The translations under genes and the position numbers were made by a program. The notes beneath the pieces are model-generated. The model saw only the letters and a list, made by a program, of their open reading frames with translations, ran no database searches and was not told the origin of the DNA. From the NCBI GenBank assembly GCA_038087875.1, contig CM075988.1:10914001-10978000 (forward strand): a DNA stretch of 64,000 bases. Direction: 5' to 3'. Positions within the stretch are counted from its first letter, which is position 1. Each line of letters begins with the position of its first letter. Origin of the DNA: Malacoraja senta. Lineage: Eukaryota. Of this stretch, positions 26,471 through 39,928 are shown in pieces.

Positions 26471-26814
26471 CTTGCCATTTCTGAATAATTGGATGGTGAA
26501 TTAATATTTGATTATATCAACGTCCTCAGAAGATTATTGAGTTAAGATGCTGATCAAGGAATACAAAATAAATGTCGCTATAATGAAGGGAAGAGCATTG
26601 TGCCGAACAATTGTACATCCTCTTCATTCTTTTCACCATCTGCAACAATAAATTGCTAGTACAATAGATAATTTCAATGGCTGCATCATTGAATAGATTT
26701 TTGGGAATAATGCTTCTTTCTATAACCATCAAAATTACTGATGGCACTTCATGATGTTAAGTCCAAGTGTGCCCAAATAATGTATCCAAGCTCTTGATAA
26801 TTGAAGTAAGAATT

Positions 26815-27115
26815 TTTATAGATTTAGTTTTAAAATAGAGCATGGAAACAGGCCCTTTGAGTGCATGCTGATCACTGGTCGCCTGCTCAGACTTGTTCTA
26901 TGTTATCCCACTTTCTCATCCACTCCATGCAGATTTGGCGGAATTTACAGAGGCCTATCGACCTACAAACACGCATGTTTTTGGGATGCGATTGGAAACA
27001 AGCACCTGGAGGAACCCCATGCAGTCACAGAGAAAATGTACAAACTCTACACAGGCATTACCTGAGGTCAGGATCGAACCTGGGTCTCTGGCAGTCTGCC
27101 AGCTGCACTACTGTA
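26815..27115 (-). mobile_element. HE1-like V-SINE
   Basis: Reverse complement of the SINE family; ggatcgaacctgggtctctgg is the B-box region. Confidence 0.65.
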
Positions 27116-27224
27116 CTACTCTCTTAGTTTTTAATCTACCAGCAGGAGCAAAATGATTGAATGAATAGGAAACTAAATGCGGGGGGGGGGGGGGGGGGGG
27201 GTTAAATATAAGTTGAGCTTTAGA

Positions 27225-27680
27225 TGGCACTGGGCCTGTACTCGCTGGAGTTTAGAAGGATGAGGGGAGGATCTCACTGAAACTTAACAAATAGTGAAAG
27301 GCCTGGATACAGTGGATGTGGAGAGGATGTTTCCACAAGTGGGGAGAGTCTAGGACCAGAGGTCATAGCTTCAGAATTAAAGGACTAAATTAATTTAATT
27401 AAATAATTAAAGGAAGGCGAGGAGGCGGAATTTCTTTAGTCAGAGGGTGGTGAATCTGTGGAACTCATTGCCACAGAAGGCTGTAGAGGCCAGATCAATG
27501 GATATTTTTAAGGAAGAGATAGATAGATTAATGATTAGTACAGTTGTCAGGGGGGGGGGGTTATGGGGAGAAGGCAGGAGAATGGGGTTAAGATGGAGCA
27601 ATAGATCAGACATGATTGAATGGTGGCGTAGACTTGATGGGCCGAGTGGCCTAATACTGCTCCTATCACTTATGAACTTG
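27225..27680 (+). mobile_element. CR1 LINE 3' fragment
   Basis: VVNLWNSLPQKAVEA motif + 3' UTR. Confidence 0.8.
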
Positions 27681-29096
27681 TATGGGTATCATTTTGAAAG
27701 TGGGTTTGTGGTTTGGGGAGCAGAGGATTTGTGTAGAGGTTCTTGGCAGAAAGCAATCACCCTGCTCGGATAGAATTTCATAATTCAGCTGAGCACAATG
27801 AGAAGATAGCAATGTATAGAATTGGCAATCAAATCGAAATGGCATCATGCATTGCTATAAAATGACTGGAATATAGGGATTGAAGATTTAAAATGTTTTC
27901 ATTGGATGTGATTGGATTGGTCTTTCTGCAACAAATCAATGAAACAAACCGATTCTGAAGATATATGTTTGATATTAAAGTCTTTGAGCTTTGTTAGGAT
28001 AGTGACTTCCTATGTGATATTCAACAGGAATAAAAACTAAGAACAGTATGGCATTCGGGAGATGTAATTTTTCTCTGAACTGAAATTCAGGAGCCACAAA
28101 TATCGTGGAAGGGGAAGTTTTCTTCTGGATAGTTGAGGGAAATACTTTTCCAAGTTGACAAATTGCAAGCTCTGGGGTATAAAGTATTGTGGCATCAAAT
28201 ACCAAGCTTGGGTAATAGTTTCCAGTCCAGGTTTTCAAGTGAGGTGTGCTAGGAAAATGGTTGTTACTGGACATGTAATCAGTGTTAAGGGGCTTTGAAC
28301 TGGTGATGGGTTTAAATTTCATCATGACATCTGGGGAATTTAAATTCAAGGAATTATATCATGTGGAATAAATACGTTTTTAGTCTGAATAATGGTTGAC
28401 ATTGACTTTCTGTATTGTCATAACAGCCTGTTTGACTTACAAATGTCCTTTTCTGGTAGATAATTTGCTTAGGGACATTGTCCTTGTACATTATGGCACA
28501 ACAGTCACGCTGAGAGAGCTAGCTTGGCAGTTCAAAGTGTGACCAAGAGCCATAGAAGGAATGTACCGAGCAATGTGCAACGCGATGGCCGGGCATGTCA
28601 CTTTCTCTTCCAACCAAGGAACTGACCCTGATTTAACGAGGAATGCAGCAGAGCATGCAGAGAGTAGCACCAGATACCAGATGAATCCTGAGATGTCATC
28701 CTGCTAAAGCTGCCATAAAGATCTGCAGACAAATTAAACTGCAAAATCCATGTTCAATAAAGCTAAGCGATCACTAAATGATGGATGGAATCAAAATGCT
28801 TTTGCCCGACCAATCACAATTAAGTATAGTGGAGGAGTATTAGGCTTAAAGAATATCTTCATTCTTTGATGACAGTGCCCAGTGTATGTGTGATAAGGAC
28901 ATAGGTGAAGCATCCACAACCTTGTTCAAGCCAGAAGTGTCAAATGGATGATCGATCGCTGCTTCCAACTAAATATATAAGCCACTCTTCAGCCAATAAA
29001 GGTGTAGACTATTTTCTAAATGAGGAGAGGAACCAAGAATCAGAGGTGCAAAGGGGCTGGTGCAGGATTCCAGAAAGGTTAATTTGCAGGTTGAGT

Positions 29097-29913
29097 CAAG
29101 TTCAAGTTGCATTTGTTGTCACATGCACCAATTGCAACAGTGAGATTTGAGTTACCATACGGCCATACAATAAAAAGAACACAATTCACGATAGAGTTTA
29201 ACATACACATCCCCACACAGCGGAATCAACGTTCCCACTATGAGCGAAGGCAATAAAGTTCAGTCAGCTTTCTCTTTGTTCACCGGTGGTCGGGACCTTT
29301 GAGCCCTCCGCAGTCGCCGCTACGGGCGGCCCGATGTTCAGGCCCTCTCACCAGGATGATGGAACTCTGACGTCGGAACAGAAGAACACTCTCAGCAGCT
29401 TGGAGTTTCTGAATCGGCGGCCTCCTGCCGGTGACAGCGGCTCCAGACGTCCACAGGCCTAGCTGGACGGAGCTCCAACACTGGCGATCCCCGGCAAAGG
29501 ATCCCAGAACTCCGCGATGTTCAAGTCAGCGGCGTCCGCGGCTGGAAGCTCGGCAAACACAGCTCCACGTCAGCTGACCCAACACTCCGGAGCTCCACAC
29601 GGCGATACCCGGTAATAGTAATTCAGTGCTGCGCCGCTGCTGAAGCTCTGGCCGGTCTCCGCCAGGAAAGGCCGCACCAATCCAGATGGTAGGCCGCGAG
29701 GGGGGGGGGGGGGCGAAGATGCAACTCGGAGAATCGACGCATCCCAACCAGGAAGTGACTGGGAAACTGTTTCCCCCTTCCTCTCCCCACCTCCCCCACA
29801 TAAAAAAGACTAAAAGAAACCTCCAGGAACATACTTTTAAACAGACTAAAAATAACAAAAAGGGTGAAAAGGATGGACAGACTGCTGGCGAGGCTGCCGC
29901 GTGAGGCGCCACC
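29097..29913 (-). mobile_element. Non-autonomous Rex1-like element (5' end joined to 3' tail), inserted in a CR1 remnant
   Basis: (ACTTGA)n-like tail; both ends shared with 42428-43375; CR1 sequence interrupted at gagtc|...|ggcagtaaag. Confidence 0.6.
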
Positions 29914-30369
29914 CAAGTCGGCAGTAAAGAAAGCGAATGTTATGTTAGCGTTTCTTTTGAGAGGACTGGAATATGTAATGGTGAGACATTAAAAGGTACT
30001 GCTCATACTGCATGTCGAGTACAACTACTTGTAATTACGGACCTTTATAGAACGGATTTTGTTTATAGTGGACCAAAGCATCTGTTTGTGGTGGTGGGTG
30101 GTGAAAGGCAATGGTAGGGAGGGAGCGAGCAGTAAAACCCATGAAGGGCGTTTCATTAGGCATTGGTTTGCAGCAGCTACCACAAAGTGAGGTCCTAGGG
30201 TGTTAGATGCAGACGCAGAACACCACTGCATCTGCTTCGCCCTGGCAACGTGTGCCTCAATCACCTGGTAATGACGCGAGGCTCCTGATGTACCGCCCCT
30301 CAATTCCGCCAGGTTACCCAGTGAGCTGGCGAAGGGAGATGAAGATCTGAAATCAGGGCCACCATCTCC

Positions 30370-30585
30370 TCAGTAACCAGGCGTTCCAGAGGACCAAGAT
30401 GGGCAAAGCCCAGGTGCTCAGCAAAGTATTGCCTCGTCTATGCTTGGTCTCACCAATGTAGTATTGGCCATGTGAAGAACAACAAATACAATAGACAAGG
30501 TTGGTGGAGGTACATGTGAATCCTTGCCTCACCTGGAAGGGCTGTTTAGGTTCCTAGGGTGGTGGTAAGGGAGGAAATGTAGGAC
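30370..30585 (-). mobile_element. Old Penelope GIY-YIG remnant
   Basis: gcttggtctcaccaatgtag corresponds to YIGETK on the minus strand. Confidence 0.55.
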
Positions 30586-30964
30586 TGCATTCATAACACC
30601 TCAGACAATGCTGGGGATTGGCTGATTTGGCAAGTACTATTTGCAACACCAAATTGCTTGGCAACAGTGGCCCGCTCTTAATATTCCCATCACGGAGATC
30701 CCCACAATTTAGCATCAACCACAAAAATCAACTGGATTGACCATATAAATGGTCTGGTGAGGTCACAGCCAGATAGCCTATGGAACATGATTCATTTGAC
30801 ACTCCAAAAGCCTGTGCAAGAGTGATGGAAAGGTTTCCACCTGGTTGAATAAATACAGCTCCAACTGCACTGAAAACTCACTCCCCTCCAAGGAAAACCA
30901 CCCAGTTGACTGAAACACCATCCATAACTCTAAAACATTCATGTCTTCTGCCACTGCAACATGG

Positions 30965-31709
30965 TGTCAAGTTGGGGAAAAAGGGAAGTACCGTGGGATC
31001 AGGGGGGTCCTTGTTCATCAGTCAATGAAAGTAAGCATGCAGGTACAGCAGGCAGTGAAGAATGTGAATGGCATGATGGCCTTTATAACAAGAGGAGTTG
31101 AATACAGGGGCAAAGATGTTCTTCTGCAGTTGTATAGGGCCCTAGAGAGACCACATCTGGAGTATTGTGTGCAGTTTTGGTCCCCTAATTTGAGGAAGCA
31201 CATTCTTGCTATTGAGGTAGTGCAGCATAGGTTTACAAGGTTAATTCCCGGGATGGTGGGACTGTCATATGCTGAGAGAATGGAGCAATTGGGCTTGTAT
31301 ACTCCGGAGTTTAGAAGGATGAGATGGGATCGTATTGAAACATATAAGATTATTAAGGGTTTGGACATGCTAGAGGCAGGAAATATGTTCCCGCTGTTGG
31401 GGGAGTCTAGAACCAGAGGCCACAGTTTAAGAATAAGGGGTAAGCCATTTAGAACAGAGATGAGGAAACACTTTTTCTCACAGAGAGTTGTGAGTCTTGT
31501 GGAATTCTCTGCCTCAGAGGGCGGTGGAGGCCGGTTCTCTGGATACTTTAAAGGGAGAGCTAGATAGGGCTCTTAAAGATAGTGGAGTCGGGGAATATGG
31601 GGAGAAGGCAGGAACAGGGTACTGATTGTGGATGATCAGCCATGGTCACATTGAATGGCGGTGCTGGCTCGAAGGGCCGAATGGCCTACTCCTGCACCTA
31701 TTGTCTATT
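30965..31709 (+). mobile_element. CR1 LINE 3' part
   Basis: [27 protein letters not shown]; tail cctattgtcta. Confidence 0.9.
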
Positions 31710-32224
31710 AACATACTGACTACATTGTATGCCATTTATACAATCACCATAGTAATTCACTATGGCTATACCTGCAGCACTTCCCAGCTGTAATCACCAA
31801 TTAGGACAGGGCTTTGGGCATATGGCAACATCGCCACCTGTAGATGCCCCCACAAATCGCACAGTCCAGACTTGAAAATGCCTTCTATTCCTTCAGTGTT
31901 GCTGACTATAAATTTTGGGACTAGTAGCCAACAGCATTCTGAAAGTACCTTTACCAGAATGACTGCAGCGGTTCAAGCAAATGGTTCATGGCCTTCCCAA
32001 ATATGAATATTGATGGGTATTAAATGCTAATTTTCCTAGTGGCACAGACTCTGAATAATGAATGAAAGTATAACTAGTCATCTTCCAGTCTGACCCTTAT
32101 GGGACTGCAATCCTGCCAATGTGGTTGACTCTTAACTATCGCCCCAGTTCAGAGGCAATGTTTATTGGAAGTAAAACCCTGTATTTGCAATGATGTTGAT
32201 ACAAAAGTAGCATCTGTTTTCACA

Positions 32225-32762
32225 TGGAAACATAGAAACATAGACAATAGGTGCAGGAGTAGGCTATTCGGCCCTTCGAGCCTGCACCGCCATTCAATAT
32301 GATCATGGCTGATCATCCAACTCGGTATCCTGTACCTGCCTTCTCTCCATACCCCCTGATCCCTTTAGCCACAAGGGCCACATCTAACTCCCTCTTAAAT
32401 ATAGCCAATGAACTGGCCTCAACTACCTTCTGTGGCAGAGAATTCCAGAGATTCACCACTCTCTGTGTGAAAAATGTTTTCTTCATCTCGGTCCTAAAAG
32501 ATTTCCCCCTTATCCTTAAACTGTGACCCCCTTGTTCTGGACTTCCCCAACATCGGGAACAATCTTCCTGCATCTAGCCTGTCCAACCCCTTAAGAATTT
32601 TGTACGTTTCTATAAGATCCCCCCTCAATCTTCTAAATTCTAGCGAGTACAAACCGAGTCTATCCAGTCTTTCTTCATATGAAAGTCCTGACATCCCAGG
32701 AATCAGTCTGGTGAACCTTCTCTGTACTCCCTCTATGGCAAGAATGTCTTTCCTCAGATTAG
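32225..32762 (-). mobile_element. CR1 LINE 3' part, same subfamily as 19040-20153
   Basis: Near-identical translations (RLDRLGLYSLEFRRLRGDLIETYK; SSLAIFKRELDVALVAKGIRG). Confidence 0.92.
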
Positions 32763-33569
32763 GCTTACATTCGCTTATGTATCTATGGAAAATATTTAGT
32801 GACTTTCTTGGTATATGTTATTGTCACAAATAATTGAAAATTGAATTGCTTCCAAAGCTGGAGACCTGAATTGATTTTTTTTGACATCTGATAAACGGAT
32901 AATGACTGGTAGTTTGTGGAACAATTCAGAACTTGTCTTTTGAATGACTTGAGAAGTGTAGCGATCGTAGAAACTGTTTTAAGGAATTGAACTAATGACC
33001 TTTGTGATTGCATGTCATGTTCTTGTTTCACAATTAGTTTGGAGTGACTACAAACCTACTTTGTGATATATGCCCACTATTTTGCCAAAAGACTCAATTA
33101 AGGAATTATTTCACCAGCTCCGTGACCATTTTAGATATTTGGATGTGATGTTTTAGTGAGAGTGTTTCGGAGATTGACATTGAGTCTCCAAGTCATGACG
33201 AGGATGTGAGATACCATATTGTGGAACATTCAAATGGTATATAGTGCTCTGAGCTGACCCAAGGTATGTGTACTTAAATTAGTCCTGTTTGCTCTACTCT
33301 TAAACAAAGGCATGAGCTTGCAGTATAAAATGATTTAGTAATGGTATTGTGTACACATGGGGGTTTCTAATTGCAAAGGTTCAACCTAGTGCAACTGCAC
33401 TGGAATTTAACAGCAGAACGTGCAATGCTCGTAAACAGCATAAGTGTCTTCCAAGCTGCACTCTCAACTTTGCTTGCAACTTGGTCCATGTGAAATGGAA
33501 GATGATATAAAGGACATGATGTAATAATACAGAAGTAACTTGTATTAGCACTTATAATTGAGATACATA

Positions 33570-34180
33570 ATTCAGTATTATTGTCATGTGTACAGCGAAA
33601 AGCTTTTTTGTGTGCTATCCAGTCAATGAAAACATTATAAATGATTACAATCCACAGCATTACAAATACAAAATAAAGGGTATATCATTTAGTGCAAGAT
33701 AAAGTCAAATTAAAGATAGTTGAAAGGTCTCCAATGATCTAAATGGGATGTCAGGACCACACTCTGGCTGTTAAGAGGACAGTTCATTCAGTTGCCTGAT
33801 AACAGCTGGGAAGAAGCTGTCCCTGAATCTGGAGGTGTGTGTTTTCAAACTTTTATACTTCCTGACTGATGGGAGAGTGGAGAAGCAGGAGTGACCTTGA
33901 TTATGTTGGTGGCCTTGCCAAGTCAGTGTGACGTATAAATGGTCCATGGAAGGGAGGTTAGTTTGTGTGATGGTCTGGCTCTTGTCCACAACTCTCGGCA
34001 ATTTCCCGCCCTCTTGGATGGAGCTATTCCCAAACCATGATCCCAATAAAATGTTTTCTGCAGCGCATCTGTATAAGTTGGTGAGGGTTGTTGGGGACAT
34101 GCCAAACCTCCTAAGCCTTCTAAGGAAGTAGAGGTGTTGGTGTGCTTTCTTGGCCATTGCTTCAATGTGACCGGATTCCA
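33570..34180 (-). mobile_element. Rex1/Babar-like LINE 3' fragment
   Basis: KKAHQHLYFLRRLRRFGM...RFRDSFFPAVIRQLN. Confidence 0.8.
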
Positions 34181-34324
34181 CATTTTAATTAATATGTTTT
34201 AAATCATACTTTCCACAGTGGAAACAGTCCCAAGGATAATAAATTAATAAAAATTATACTTGGGAGGGGAGCTTTCAATCCAATTGTTGGGTGTACAAAA
34301 TTGATATATTATACTTGCTTCCCT

Positions 34325-34560
34325 TTCAGTTTTAGTTTAGTTTATTGTCACGTGTACAGTGAAAAGGGTTTATGTGCTAACCAGTCAGCGGAAAGACAAT
34401 ACATGATTACAATCAAGCCATTCACTCACTATATAGGGATACATGATAAAGGGTATAAGGTTTAGTGTAAGATAAGGTCAGTAAAGTCCAATCAAAGATA
34501 ATCTGAGAGTCTCCAATGAGGTAGATAGTAGTTCAGGGCAGCTCTCTAATTGTGGTAGGA
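34325..34560 (-). mobile_element. Rex1-like 3' UTR fragment
   Basis: tttagtttagtttattgtcac tail; similar to 15790-16085. Confidence 0.6.
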
Positions 34561-34705
34561 TAGTCACAAAAGATCTATCCAATGCATAAGGTACATGATT
34601 CTCTTCCACATCATCCCAAGGATAATGTCAGCTTCCACCCTGGCTTATGCCTGATACTGATTGTGCCTTGTGTAGTCTTGGGCTATCTGCTGGCTTCTTG
34701 ATTTC

Positions 34706-36131
34706 TTTTTTTTTTTTTTTTAATTATTTTTATTAGAAGTACGGTAATTTACAGTAATACACAACACTTATATCTTAATACATTTTTTATACCGCTTCAT
34801 TTTTTGAGCTTTAAGAGAAAGATAGAAGTAAGAAAAGTAAAGAAAGTGCGCAAGAGTCGTGAAGTGCAAAAGAGTGTTGTGAAAAGAAAGCCCCTTAGAA
34901 AAGAAGTTAGAGAAGGAAGTAAAGTAAGAAAGCAGATCCTAGAAAAGAAAGAAAAAGAAAGTAGGAACAATCGCAGAAAGGGAACCACCGACCAAGTCTG
35001 TTTTTATTGTTTTACCTCCCATTACCAGGTCCTGATACCATTCTTTATTTATTTATTTTTTAAATTACTATTGCACCTCATGCTTGTAATAGGTCCAAAA
35101 ACGTAGACCACGTCTTTTGGAATTGGTCTGCTTTCCCTGCTAAGAGGAATCTCATCTCTTCCAGATGTAATGTTTCCAACATATTTGATGTCCACATTTT
35201 TATTGTTGGTGTGGGCGCATTTTTCCAGAATTTAAGTATGAGCCTTTTACCCATTATTAGCCCGTAATTGAATAAGTTCTTCTGGTACACATTTAATTCA
35301 GGGATACCTTCCGATATTCCAAAAATGATCCATTCTGGTTTTGGTACCAGTTTTATTTTAATTAATTTTGAGAAAATATCAAATATTTCATACCAAAAAT
35401 TTTGGATTTTTGTACAAAAAACAAAAGAATGCGCTATGGTAGCTTCTTGACATAGACATTTATCACAGATTGGTGAAACATTAGGAAAGATTTTATTTAA
35501 TTTAGTTTTTGAATAATATAGTCTATGTAATGTTTTGAATTGGATGAGCGTATGTCGTACGTTGATCGAACATTTATGCACCTGTAGTAAATGGTTATCC
35601 CAGCTCTCTTTTGAAATTTTTATAGCTAATTCTTGTTCCCAGTCTCTTCTAATTCCATCTGTTGTGGGTATTTCTATGTTTAAAATGATATTATATAAGT
35701 ACGATATTAGATTAGCTGATTCCGCCTTTGTCTTCATTGCTTCATCTAGTAAGTCGGAAGGCATATTATGATAGTCTTTTGTGTGTTTTTTTAGGTAATC
35801 ACAAATTTGTAGATATTTAAAATATTGATTATTTTTCAGATTATATTTCAGTTGTAGTTGTTGAAATGATAGTAATTTTCCCAATTCATACAGATCTTCG
35901 AGCGTTTTGATTCCCATTCTTTCCCATTGTATAAATGATTTGTCTATGGTTGAAGGTTTAAACGATGGGTTATTAACTATTGGTATTGAGAGAGATAGGT
36001 TTCTTAATTTTAGATTCTGTTTTATTTGTTTCCATGTTCTAATTGTGCTATTTATAATTGGGTTTTTATTATAATTTTTATTATTCAAATTTATTGGAGA
36101 GAGAATAATCGCTCCTATATTACTCGGGGAA
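34706..36131 (-). mobile_element. L1-clade LINE, 5'-truncated; open ORF2 C-terminal Cys-rich region (35078-36088)
   Basis: QFKTLHRLYY...CDKC...H...C motif; poly(A) tail (T-run 34706-34721) preceded by AATAAA; TSD ttgatttc at 34698-34705 and 36132-36139. Confidence 0.88.
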
Positions 36132-36194
36132 TTGATTTCAAATGGATTTCAAATGGATTGTTGGCTGTTGATTGACATCCAGTCACCCCTACTG

Positions 36195-36497
36195 GGCAGC
36201 GCAGTGGTAGAGTTGCTGCCTTACAGTGCTTAGAGCGCCGGAGACTCAGGTTCGATCCCGACCACGGGTGCTGTCTGTACGGAGTTTGTATGTTCTCCCT
36301 ATGTCAGCATGGTTTTCTCCAGATCTTCGGTTTCCTCCCACGCTCTAAAGTGGTACAGATTGGTAGGTTAATTGGCTTGGTTAAAATATAAATTGTCCCT
36401 AGATTGTCCCTAGTGTGTGTAGGATAGTGTAATTCGTCGGTGCTGAACCGGTGGGCCAAAGAGCCTGTTTCCATGCTGTAATTCCAATCTAAACTGA
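36195..36497 (+). mobile_element. HE1-like V-SINE
   Basis: gcgcagtggtagagttgctgcc head; ggttcgatcc B box; V-domain; CR1-like tail. Confidence 0.8.
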
Positions 36498-37052
36498 ACT
36501 ATTGCATGTGGGTGAGCACAATTATGTGAGGATTAATATATTGCAAATTAGATTGAAATGTACTTAGAATAGATTTGGATTTAATGTTAAAGTCTTTTTT
36601 TAAATATGTAAATATCAGGGACAGTTCTGGTGCCTTTCAGTTCCTTCTTACAGAAATCCATTCAACAAAATGTTTATGCATCTTATTGCAATTTGCATTA
36701 TTGATATCTTGCTGCTTTGAATGCTGACAATCCAGTGCCAATTTTTAGAGAGCACAATAGGAAGCTTTAATATTCCTAAAGCAACTGAAACAGTGGATTG
36801 ACATTTCACCAAAAAAAATTCAGGTGAGACATCTGTGGAGAGTGAAAGAATTAAGGAAGAAAATACATTGATCTCAATCATGTAAGTGTCTCTTTCCACA
36901 TATGCTGTCTAACCTGTTGGACATTGACATCATATTTGGTTTTTATTTCAGATTTCTAGCATCTACATTTTTGTTTGCTTTATTCAACCTTGGATTGGTT
37001 GTGCTGCATTACAAGCACAATGTGCTTTCTGCAAAGTAGAACTATTAAAATA

Positions 37053-37192
37053 TAGAAGATAGACACAAAATGTTGTAGTAACTCAGCAGGACAGGCAGCA
37101 TCTCTGGAAAGGCTCTCTGAAGATGCTGCCTGTCCTGTTGAGTTACTCCTGCATTTGGGGGTTTAAACCAGCATCTGCTGTTCCTTCCTACA
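37053..37192. mobile_element. Fold-back Penelope-derived short element
   Basis: Inverted arms (gtaactcagcaggacaggcagcatct / agatgctgcctgtcctgttgagttac); tattaaaata repeated on both flanks. Confidence 0.65.
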
Positions 37193-39204
37193 TATTAAAA
37201 TAAAGATGTGATCATTCAATGGATGTGTTAAAGTTGACCCATTTTGAGATTGTATTCCCTATTTTGAACATGCTTCACTTGTTTTGTTTTAACCTGTGCA
37301 ATATGATGACTCTACATGTTCACATTCAAATGGCTTTTGAGTATGATAGCAGCCTCCCCTGCCCCTTAATTTAATTGTCTTGACGTGATAATAAAAGTAG
37401 CTTGCATGTTAAAGATGTGCGAGCAGTCTCATTTGTTTAGACACCTTAATTATTCTTGGAGCTTATTCTTTACTCTTGCCTTTTCAAAGAACAATGTTAG
37501 CAAATGCATATAGAGTGATATGGTTATGAAAATTAACTGGCTAATTTATTACCGAATGCTCCGAGACTCATCGGGTGCTTGATGTGACTTTTTAGATTGA
37601 TTGTGGACTCAATTACTTGATTGAATTTGAAGTTAAGCAGTGACTGCAGATCTATCTGCGTCTGACTTCCACTTCATGTCAGTGCCCGGCTGTGGAAGTC
37701 TCAAACAGTAACATGCACATTGTACTTGGCCAGCAGTTCTCAATGGACCTGGTGAGATGCCAGTGCAATCCAGCACAGGACTGCAGCTTCATAATGTATG
37801 TGAGCAATAATTGCCAGTGTTAATCATGTTTCTGCTTGGTTCAAGCAACCTTCAGTTTAGGTAACAATTTGCTCACTCACCTTTCTTTACTTATTCTGAG
37901 CTCATTCTGTCCAACTTTACACCATGCATTTGCTTAGAAAGATAAATGCTGAAAACTCGTAATTCAGGTGATTGAGTTAAACCTGTAATTTAAACACAGT
38001 ACCTATGACTTTATGTATTTTTAAATTTACTGACTGACTTCCTGGATTTAAATTATAGTTTTATAATTCGCTGTCATCCATATACAATGCCAAATATTGG
38101 AACTATAGGTAAAATTCAATGTTGAAGCAAAATATTTCACCTGAAGAAAAGCAGACCAATTTATTTGTGTCTAAAACAAAGATGATAATAGCAGCAAGCT
38201 GTAATGTGCAATGTTTAAAAATCCTGAACATCTAGGTTTGAGTTTAGTTTATTGCCACGTTTACAGTGAAAAGGGTTGGCACTCTGGAATGTGGAATTAT
38301 TTCACTGGAGCATGTGCACAAAGAAGAATACTCAAAATCAGTTAAGGAAGAAACAGTTTTGAACTCATCAACTTACACATGTCTTTTTGTGCTTCCAAGC
38401 TTAAATGTTCATTCTGAAACATAAGAAATCTTTAAAAGCGTTACTTCAAATCATCAACTCGAGTGGAACTGAATTATATTCCAGTGCCTTCCATTTATCT
38501 GAAACATAATGCATCTGGACCTTGAAAAAGTAACAACTTCGAAAATAAAATGTTTTTTTTCTTCTCTCTATACTTTATCCTTCTGTCCAACAGTAGATTT
38601 GGGGCATTGGGTTGGATTGGATTTTAAATGACACACACGTTCTCATCACCCTCTGCATTTCCATTGCCACAGCCATTCCATTAGGCTGATACAATCAGAG
38701 GTATCTTTGGCTGTTTTCAAATTTGTTTGGTCAGACTCATTTGGAAACAGTTAAGGGGAAAATAAATAAACACACATAAATGTTGCTTCAAATCATCAAG
38801 TCAAGTGGAACTGAATTATGTACCAATGCCTTCCATTTATATTGAAACGTACCAAGATGCTCCTTGAAAGATACTCCTGAAACAGAATTTGACACCAACC
38901 ATGTAAAGATATTTTGACAGTTGATCTAAATCGCTAACAAAAATATATATTGTTACTGATATTCTTGTTGATATGTCATTTGTCTCCTATCCAAGCATTG
39001 ACTCAGCCATGTACTTAACTGGATTCTCGTAAGGCAGCAAGAATGTTGACCCATTGATCCCCATATCTTTAGCTGAAGAAACGAGTAAGGAGTATCTTCA
39101 AGGAAAAGTGTTATCTGAAGAGATTTTGAAGCAGGCACTATGAATCTGAGCCAAGGGAGCAAAAGGTACGCTGCTACATATGAGCAACGTCGACCAGGGT
39201 TAGT

Positions 39205-39312
39205 GTCGGAAGGAACTCCAGATGCTGGTTTACACTGAGGATGGACACAAAATGCCGGAGTAACTCTGCATCTCTCGATGGGTGATGTTTCGGGTCAAGA
39301 CCCTTCTTCAGT
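39205..39312 (-). mobile_element. Penelope pLTR fragment with a hammerhead-like core
   Basis: Reverse complement: actgaaga-a-gggt-cttg-accc-gaaa-catc. Confidence 0.7.
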
Positions 39313-39593
39313 TTGACACTTGGGTGACGTGATGAGTCCTTGCACATTACCATCCCCAAACCAACAGCCACAGTCCATCAATGGTCAACGTGCCAACACA
39401 TCCTGAAGCTGCAGGATATTCACCCATTTCAGAAGAACTATGTTCATGGGCGATTTTTATTTTCTTCTGTTTTAGACATGCTAATTAAGTGATGAAACCG
39501 GCAGGAAAAACAAATGACTAGAGATCCAATTGTCTTTCAAGGAAAAGTTGAGGGTGAAGCCAACAGGATTGAGAATTTTAAATGTATAATAAT

Positions 39594-39928
39594 AATAATG
39601 GATTGGATTTATATAGCGCCTTTCTAATACCCAAGGCGCTTTACATCGCATTATTCATTCACTCCTCAGTCACACTCGGTGGTGGTGAGCTACTTCTGTA
39701 GCCACAGCTGCCCTGGGGCAGACTGACGGAAGCGTGGCTGCTAATCTGCGCCTACGGCCCCTCCGACCACCACCAATCACTCACACACATTCACACACAT
39801 TTGCACGCAGGCAAAGGTGGGTGAAGTGTCTTGCCCAAGGACACAACGACAGTATGCACTCCAAGCGGGATTCGAACCGGCTACCTTCTGGTTGCCAGCC
39901 GAACACTTAGCCCATTGCGCCATCTGTC
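39594..39928 (-). mobile_element. Full-length tRNA-derived SINE resembling teleost AFC-type CORE-SINEs, with an L2-type tail
   Basis: A box TGGCGCAATGG; B box GGTTCGAATCC; gtgtccttgggcaagacactt core; tail aaaggcgctatataaatccaatcc(att)n; 10-bp TSD gtataataat (39584-39593, 39929-39938). Confidence 0.8.

Noticed and set aside
27181..27201. Poly-G run as a functional G-quadruplex
   Set aside because: Similar G/C homopolymers recur throughout the window next to repeats; nothing specific supports function
34797..35106. Lys/Arg-rich 100-aa ORF
   Set aside because: Antisense reading of the L1 3' UTR
38440..38851. Tandem C/D snoRNAs
   Set aside because: CTGA is present but there is no correctly placed C box on the same strand and no terminal stem
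39855..39928. tRNA gene (A and B boxes)
   Set aside because: It is the head of a SINE with body, tail and TSD; the same applies to the HE1-like heads
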